NCBI GenBank assembly: GCA_963837465.1
Contig: CAWINB010000001.1
Span: forward strand, 220,981 to 284,980
Length of the DNA stretch: 64,000 nucleotides
Direction of reading: 5' to 3'
Source of the DNA: Candidatus Doudnabacteria bacterium
GTDB lineage: Bacteria > Patescibacteriota > Doudnabacteria > UBA920
Shown: in pieces, positions 59,284 to 64,000 of the stretch
How the letters are laid out: each line of letters opens with the position of its first letter
Position numbering within the stretch: position 1 is the stretch's first letter
Program-made: the position numbers and the translations under genes
The notes under the pieces: model-generated
Told to the model about the DNA's origin: nothing
The model's database searches: none
What the model saw: only the letters and a program-made list of their open reading frames with translations

Positions 59284-59838
59284 TTACTTCCCGCCTCCGA
59301 CTACCTTAACAACTTTACCCGCTTTTCTCAATACAACTTCGTCGGAATATTTAATACCTTTGCCTTTGTACGGCTCCGGCTTTTTAAGCTCACGGACTTC
59401 GGCGGCGAACTGGCCGACCCGCTGTTTATCCGCTCCGGTGATGGTAATTAAATTTTTATCCGCCGTCACAGCCAGCTCTTTGGGAATATCAACTTCCACG
59501 GGATGGGAAAAGCCCAAAGCCATAACGATTTTCTGCCCCTGGACCGCGGCTTTAAAACCCACGCCGACTACTTCCAGTTTTTTTTCAAAACCTTTGGTGA
59601 CGCCATCCACCAAATTCTGGATTAAAGCCCGAAACAATCCCCACAGCGCGCGCTGTTTTTTGTCATCTTTGCCTTCCACATCCACCACAACTTCCCTGTC
59701 GCTGACGGTAATTTTTACCTGCGGGTGAATTGCCAAACTCAAAGTTCCCTTTGGACCTGTTACGGTTAAGGTTAAATCCTTTTTTTCTACCTTCACCCCG
59801 GAAGGAATAATCACTGGTTTTTTACCGATTCTGCTCAT
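59284..59838 (-). CDS. rplF: 50S ribosomal protein L6
   Basis: MSRIGK and PEPYKGKGI motifs. Confidence 0.97.
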   Translation of the reverse strand: MSRIGKKPVIIPSGVKVEKKDLTLTVTGPKGTLSLAIHPQVKITVSDREVVVDVEGKDDKKQRALWGLFRALIQNLVDGVTKGFEKKLEVVGVGFKAAVQGQKIVMALGFSHPVEVDIPKELAVTADKNLITITGADKQRVGQFAAEVRELKKPEPYKGKGIKYSDEVVLRKAGKVVKVVGGGK

Positions 59839-59938
59839 AGAAGCTGAAAATTATACGCTGATTAATACTACGCTGGAATAAACGCTGCCGGCGTTTATCC
59901 GGCGTCTGCTTACAGCCGTCTTTAAACGGCTTCTATCT

Positions 59939-60328
59939 TTACCAGACCTGACACACCACTTCTCCCCCAACCTTTGCCTTCCTTGCTTCCTTGTCTGTCA
60001 TTAGTCCCCTGGAGGTGGATACTACCGTTACTCCGTAGCCGCTGTTGGTCCTGGGCAGTTTGTCGGCCGGAAGATAAATGCGCTGGCCGGGTTTGCTGAC
60101 CCTTTTTATGCCGCCGATAACCGAACCGCTGCCGGAATATTTAAGTTTTATCTGAAGCATCTTGTGCTGGCCTTTCAGCTCCGAAACCGCCGCTATGAAT
60201 CCTTCCTTCAAAAACAGCCGGGCCAGATTATCCTTAAATTTGGAGTACGGCAAAACCAGCTCGTCTTTTTTGGCGGCGGCGGCGTTGCGGATTCTGGTTA
60301 ACATGTCGGCGATGGGGTCTGTAAACAT
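59939..60328 (-). CDS. rpsH: 30S ribosomal protein S8
   Basis: DPIADMLTRIRNA and SKPGQRIY motifs. Confidence 0.97.
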   Translation of the reverse strand: MFTDPIADMLTRIRNAAAAKKDELVLPYSKFKDNLARLFLKEGFIAAVSELKGQHKMLQIKLKYSGSGSVIGGIKRVSKPGQRIYLPADKLPRTNSGYGVTVVSTSRGLMTDKEARKAKVGGEVVCQVW

Positions 60329-60405
60329 AAAAATAGTTGTAAGTTCTAAGTTGTAGAGTTGTAAGTAACTTACTACTTACCAGCTTACAACTTACTGCTA
60401 GTTAA

Positions 60406-60600
60406 TTACCAACTTGCTTTTACAATTCCCGGGATTTCCCCTTTGGAAGCTAATTCTCTGAAACAAATACGGCAGATATTAAAGTCTCTCATGTAACCGG
60501 CTTTACGGCCGCACTTCCAACAACGCCTGGTAATTCTGCTGGAGAATTTAGGGTTTTTTCTGCTTCTTGCCGATTTGGCGATTTGAGCTTGTGTAGCCAT
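60406..60600 (-). CDS. rpsN: 30S ribosomal protein S14 (Zn-binding type Z)
   Basis: RCWKCGR..ICRICFR motif. Confidence 0.96.
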   Translation of the reverse strand: MATQAQIAKSARSRKNPKFSSRITRRCWKCGRKAGYMRDFNICRICFRELASKGEIPGIVKASW

Positions 60601-60603
60601 TGA

Positions 60604-60712
60604 GGTAGGGATTAGGGTATAGGGATTAGGGTATAGGGATTAGGGTATAGGGATTAGGGTATAGAAGGAAACGCTTTCCTGCTAAACGCTAATCCCTAGC
60701 CGCTAGACGCTA
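60604..60712. repeat. Heptamer element: (AGGGATT-AGGGTAT)4 facing AACGCTA/ATCCCTA units
   Basis: Fills the rplE-rpsN spacer. Confidence 0.9.
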
Positions 60713-60714
60713 AT

Positions 60715-61254
60715 TTATTTTTTAAACGGGAAATTCATCTGTTTTAATAATTCTTTTACCGGTTCGTTTTTGCCCGCGCCTGTGACAATGGAAACTTCAA
60801 GGCCAAAGACATTTTCCAGGGATTCCGAGGAGATTTCCGGAAATACCAGCTGTTCCTTTAAGCCTAAATGGTAATTACCCCTGCCGTCAAACCCTGTTTG
60901 CGGCAGTCCCTGAAAATCACGCACGCGGGGAAGGGCCACGTTAATCAGTTTGTCCAAAAAGCTGTACATTTTAAAGCCGCGCAGGGTGCAGGATACGCCG
61001 ACTATCTGGTTTTCCCGGACTTTAAACCCGGCGATGGATTTGCGGGAACGGTTCCTTACGGGCGCCTGACCGGTGATTTTTTTTATATCTTCCACAATCT
61101 GGTCAATCTTCTTTTTGTCATCCTTAACTTTGCCCACGCCCACGTTGACCACTACTTTTAAAATTCTGGGTACCTCCATGACATTGTTGAAAACGAACTT
61201 TTCCTTTAAAGCCGGAGCTATGTTCTTATTATATTGTTCCTGTAATCGTTCCAT
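60715..61254 (-). CDS. rplE: 50S ribosomal protein L5
   Basis: KVVVNVG, LPRVRDF and FDGRGNY motifs. Confidence 0.97.
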   Translation of the reverse strand: MERLQEQYNKNIAPALKEKFVFNNVMEVPRILKVVVNVGVGKVKDDKKKIDQIVEDIKKITGQAPVRNRSRKSIAGFKVRENQIVGVSCTLRGFKMYSFLDKLINVALPRVRDFQGLPQTGFDGRGNYHLGLKEQLVFPEISSESLENVFGLEVSIVTGAGKNEPVKELLKQMNFPFKK

Positions 61255-61321
61255 AGAATTAGTTATTTAGTGGATAGCAGTTAGCGTCTAGCCCTCTATA
61301 CGCTAACCGCTATACGCTCGT

Positions 61322-61639
61322 CTACACCGCTTTTCCGCTGGCTTTTGCCGTTCTCTGTTTAATGCCGTTTTCCAAAAAAATAAAGCTTACTCTTGTGGGA
61401 TTTCCGGAAGAAGGGTCCAGCAGCATTACTTTGGAAATTGCCATAGTAGCCGCAAAGGTAATTTTTTTGCCTTTTTCCCCGGCGGTCTTGGAGCGTTCAA
61501 AGCGGGTGCGCAAATTAACATTTTCAACAACCACTTTACCCAATTTTGGCAAAACTTTAATCACCTTGCCGGTCTTGCCTTTATCCTTGCCGGATAAAAC
61601 CTTAACCGTATCGCCTGTTTTGATTCTGAGTTTATTCAT
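61322..61639 (-). CDS. rplX: 50S ribosomal protein L24
   Basis: GDTVKVLSGKDKGKTG motif. Confidence 0.96.
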   Translation of the reverse strand: MNKLRIKTGDTVKVLSGKDKGKTGKVIKVLPKLGKVVVENVNLRTRFERSKTAGEKGKKITFAATMAISKVMLLDPSSGNPTRVSFIFLENGIKQRTAKASGKAV

Positions 61640-61726
61640 AGGATTATTTTTACGAAGTACGAATGTTTACGAACTTACAAAGGGAAACCGATTCGTACTT
61701 TCGTACCTGTTCGTACTTCGTAAAAT

Positions 61727-62119
61727 CTAAATTACTTCCGGAGCCAATGATACAATCTTCTTAAATCCGTCCTTAAAGTTGCCTGCGGCCTTTTCGCGGA
61801 TTTCCCGCGGGATGGGCCCGAAAATACGCGTTCCTTTTGGTTCCCCGCTTTCTTTATCCACCAGCACGCCGGCATTTTCATCAAAACGGATGTAACTGCC
61901 GTCCTTGCGGCGGATTTCCTTGCGAAGCCTAACGATAACAGCATAAACCTTGTCGCCCTTTTTAAGGGTGGAATTCGGCGCTACCTGGCGGATGGAACCC
62001 GCGACCACATCGCCAATACGGGCAAAGCGGTTGCTGTTCTTGCCGTTGACGCTGAAAACATTGACGACTTTGGCGCCGGTGTTATCCGCTATTTTAATGT
62101 AGGAGCGTACTTGTAGCAT
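61727..62119 (-). CDS. rplN: 50S ribosomal protein L14
   Basis: ADNTGAK, GTRIFGP and SLAPEV motifs. Confidence 0.97.
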   Translation of the reverse strand: MLQVRSYIKIADNTGAKVVNVFSVNGKNSNRFARIGDVVAGSIRQVAPNSTLKKGDKVYAVIVRLRKEIRRKDGSYIRFDENAGVLVDKESGEPKGTRIFGPIPREIREKAAGNFKDGFKKIVSLAPEVI

Positions 62120-62199
62120 AGGAACGATTATCTCTCTTTATTTCCATCTATTTTAAGTGGTTTCCGAAGTATGCAGAAATAGATAAAAATAAGTCGCGT

Positions 62200-62445
62200 C
62201 TAAATTTTACCGATTACCTTAAACTTCTTTTCCTTGCTCATCGGCCGTATGGATTCAATTACCACCCTGTCCCCTGTCTTGAATTCGTTGTTCTCGCTGT
62301 GAGCCTTGAATTTTTTGGAAATGGTGTAGGATTTTTTATACTTGCTGTGGCGCTTGCGCATGTCAACTTTAACAACGACCGTCTTCATCATTTTGTCGGA
62401 GACGACTATGCCGGTTAGTTGCTGTTTTTTAGGTTCGGTAATCAT
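62200..62445 (-). CDS. rpsQ: 30S ribosomal protein S17
   Basis: [11 protein letters not shown] and RPMSK motifs. Confidence 0.96.
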   Translation of the reverse strand: MITEPKKQQLTGIVVSDKMMKTVVVKVDMRKRHSKYKKSYTISKKFKAHSENNEFKTGDRVVIESIRPMSKEKKFKVIGKI

Positions 62446-62584
62446 ATCTATTCTTATAAATTTCTAATTATTCTAAGTGCCCTAAATAATGTCTAATGTT
62501 TTAATAACCAAGGCCTTAGAAATTGGAAATTGTGGATAGGTTATTTTTAGAATAATTAGCACAATTAGGTTAATTAGTATAATT

Positions 62585-62776
62585 TTACTTTGAAGCTTTC
62601 TGTCCCATAAAGGTCATTATTCTCGCGATATCTTTTTTAACCGCGCCGAGCTCCTTGTAATTTTTGACCTGCTTAAGCTTCATCTTAACAGAAAGGTCGT
62701 GGGCTTTGGCCCTTAGCTCTGCCAGTAAACTTTTAATCTCGCTTTCCGGTTTGGTTGTAAGTTCCTTGTAGTTCAT
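62585..62776 (-). CDS. rpmC: 50S ribosomal protein L29
   Basis: KKDIARIMT motif; operon position. Confidence 0.92.
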   Translation of the reverse strand: MNYKELTTKPESEIKSLLAELRAKAHDLSVKMKLKQVKNYKELGAVKKDIARIMTFMGQKASK

Positions 62777-62855
62777 TTTTTGTAAAAGCTGATATATACG
62801 CTGATTAATACTGCGCTGGAGTAGATGCTGCCGGCGTCTGCGACAGCTTCCATTT

Positions 62856-63272
62856 TTACCCTTGTTTCTCTTTCACTAAAAACCTTGATTTTACCGGTAA
62901 TTTGTAGCTGGCCAGCCTCATGGCTTCCTGGGCCTGTTCCCTGGTAACGCCGTCCATCTCAAATAAAATCTTGCCTTTTTTAACAACGGACACGAAATGG
63001 TCAACGGCGCCCTTGCCGCCTCCCATGGGACTTTCGTTGCCGTGCAGGGTGACCGGTTTGTCCGCGAATACGCGAATCCAAATCTTGCCGCCTCTTTGCA
63101 CATAACGGGTCATGGCGCGCCTGGCTGCTTCAATCTGCCGGGCCGTAACCCAGCTGCTTTCCATAGCCTTTAGGGCGAACTGCCCAAAAGCGATGTTTTC
63201 GCCGGCTGTGGCCTGGCCGTAGGTATGACCGCGGTGGTGTTTGCGGTGTTTTAATTTCTTGGGAATAAACAT
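62856..63272 (-). CDS. rplP: 50S ribosomal protein L16
   Basis: RQIEAAR, IWIRVF and MGGGKG motifs. Confidence 0.97.
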   Translation of the reverse strand: MFIPKKLKHRKHHRGHTYGQATAGENIAFGQFALKAMESSWVTARQIEAARRAMTRYVQRGGKIWIRVFADKPVTLHGNESPMGGGKGAVDHFVSVVKKGKILFEMDGVTREQAQEAMRLASYKLPVKSRFLVKEKQG

Positions 63273-63382
63273 AGGGTATTAAGTAAAATTAAGTAAAATT
63301 TTTAATTAAATAAAATTGAAGCGCAGTCGCAGTCAAATTTTACTTAATTTTACTTAATTATGGCCAATTTTAATTAATCCTC

Positions 63383-64000
63383 TTAAGCTTTCTCTGGTGT
63401 GACAGCTTTACTCTTCCCGCCATCTTTTTTCTCCACAAATACATCTCCCTTGTATATCCAGACTTTTACCCCGACTGTGCCGTAAGTGGTAAAGGCGGTG
63501 GAACGGGCAAAATCAATGTCGGCTCTTAAAGTATGCAGGGGGATTTTTCCGGAGGATAAATGTTCGGTGCGGGCAATGTCGGCGCCGTTTAGCCGTCCGC
63601 CAATGGCCACCTTGGCGCCTTTGGCTCCGGCGTTCATGACCTGTTCCAGCGACTGCTTCATCAAGCGCCTAAAAGCCACGCGTTTTTCCAGCTGTTCGGT
63701 AATGGAGTTGGCTATAACCTGGGCCTGCAAATTGACTTCCCGAATCTCCTCTATATTTATCTTCAGCTCCTGCTTAATGCCCAGCTTCTTTTTTACCTTA
63801 TTTTTGAGCTCCTCAATACCCGCGCCGCCCTTGCCGATAATCAAACCCGGCTTGGTGGTCTTGATGATAACGGTAATGCCGCCGTTGTTTAAGCGCTCAA
63901 TGTCTATCCTGACCAGTCCGGCTTTCTTTAAATGCAATTCCAGATATTCGCGAATTCGCACATCTTCCTGCAGCTGCTTGGCAAAATTATTCTTGGAAAA
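63383..64000 (-). CDS. rpsC: 30S ribosomal protein S3 (5' end outside the window)
   Basis: PGLIIGKGG, GRLNGA, PLHTLRADID and GVKVWI motifs. Confidence 0.97.
   Translation of the reverse strand, partial: FSKNNFAKQLQEDVRIREYLELHLKKAGLVRIDIERLNNGGITVIIKTTKPGLIIGKGGAGIEELKNKVKKKLGIKQELKINIEEIREVNLQAQVIANSITEQLEKRVAFRRLMKQSLEQVMNAGAKGAKVAIGGRLNGADIARTEHLSSGKIPLHTLRADIDFARSTAFTTYGTVGVKVWIYKGDVFVEKKDGGKSKAVTPEKA

Noticed and set aside
58147-63382. CRISPR array
   Set aside because: The units are 7-10 nt, degenerate and inverted, with no unique spacers and no cas genes.

Overview
This is a chromosomal window from a Candidate Phyla Radiation (Patescibacteria, Parcubacteria-like) bacterium. The assignment is inferred from the missing rpmD/L30 between rpsE and rplO, the minimal glycolysis/pentose-phosphate cluster and CPR-typical hypothetical genes; the genetic code is standard code 11. 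Almost all genes are on the minus strand. From left to right: the end of an island at tRNA-Gln (LexA-adenine methyltransferase fusion, frameshifted serine recombinase); ECF sigma pair; mraZ-rsmH-ftsL-ftsI; a two-component cluster; dinB, mreB, rnhA, recJ; a small orphan island; gpmI-eno-pgk-gap-tkt-rpe-rpiB-tpiA-galT; htrA, dnaX, a VirD4-like ATPase; an IS630; secY and part of the spc/S10 ribosomal operons. The main candidate novel system occurs twice, with unrelated sequence but the same design. In each copy a non-canonical tRNA-like gene sits next to a small RNA gene with its own predicted promoter and terminator, and the 5' end of that small RNA is the reverse complement (17-19 nt) of the tRNA-like anticodon arm. 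One copy (8242-8468) lies antisense inside an in-frame insertion in rsmH; the other (23681-23932) is intergenic. I infer an all-RNA toxin/antitoxin or mistranslation switch. The window is also saturated with several families of short palindromic or tandem-repeat elements. They sit at stop-start junctions or in frame inside genes, and cargo-carrying versions surround a four-helix-bundle gene and a GIY-YIG gene. All RNA folds and promoters were predicted by eye; no database searches were run.
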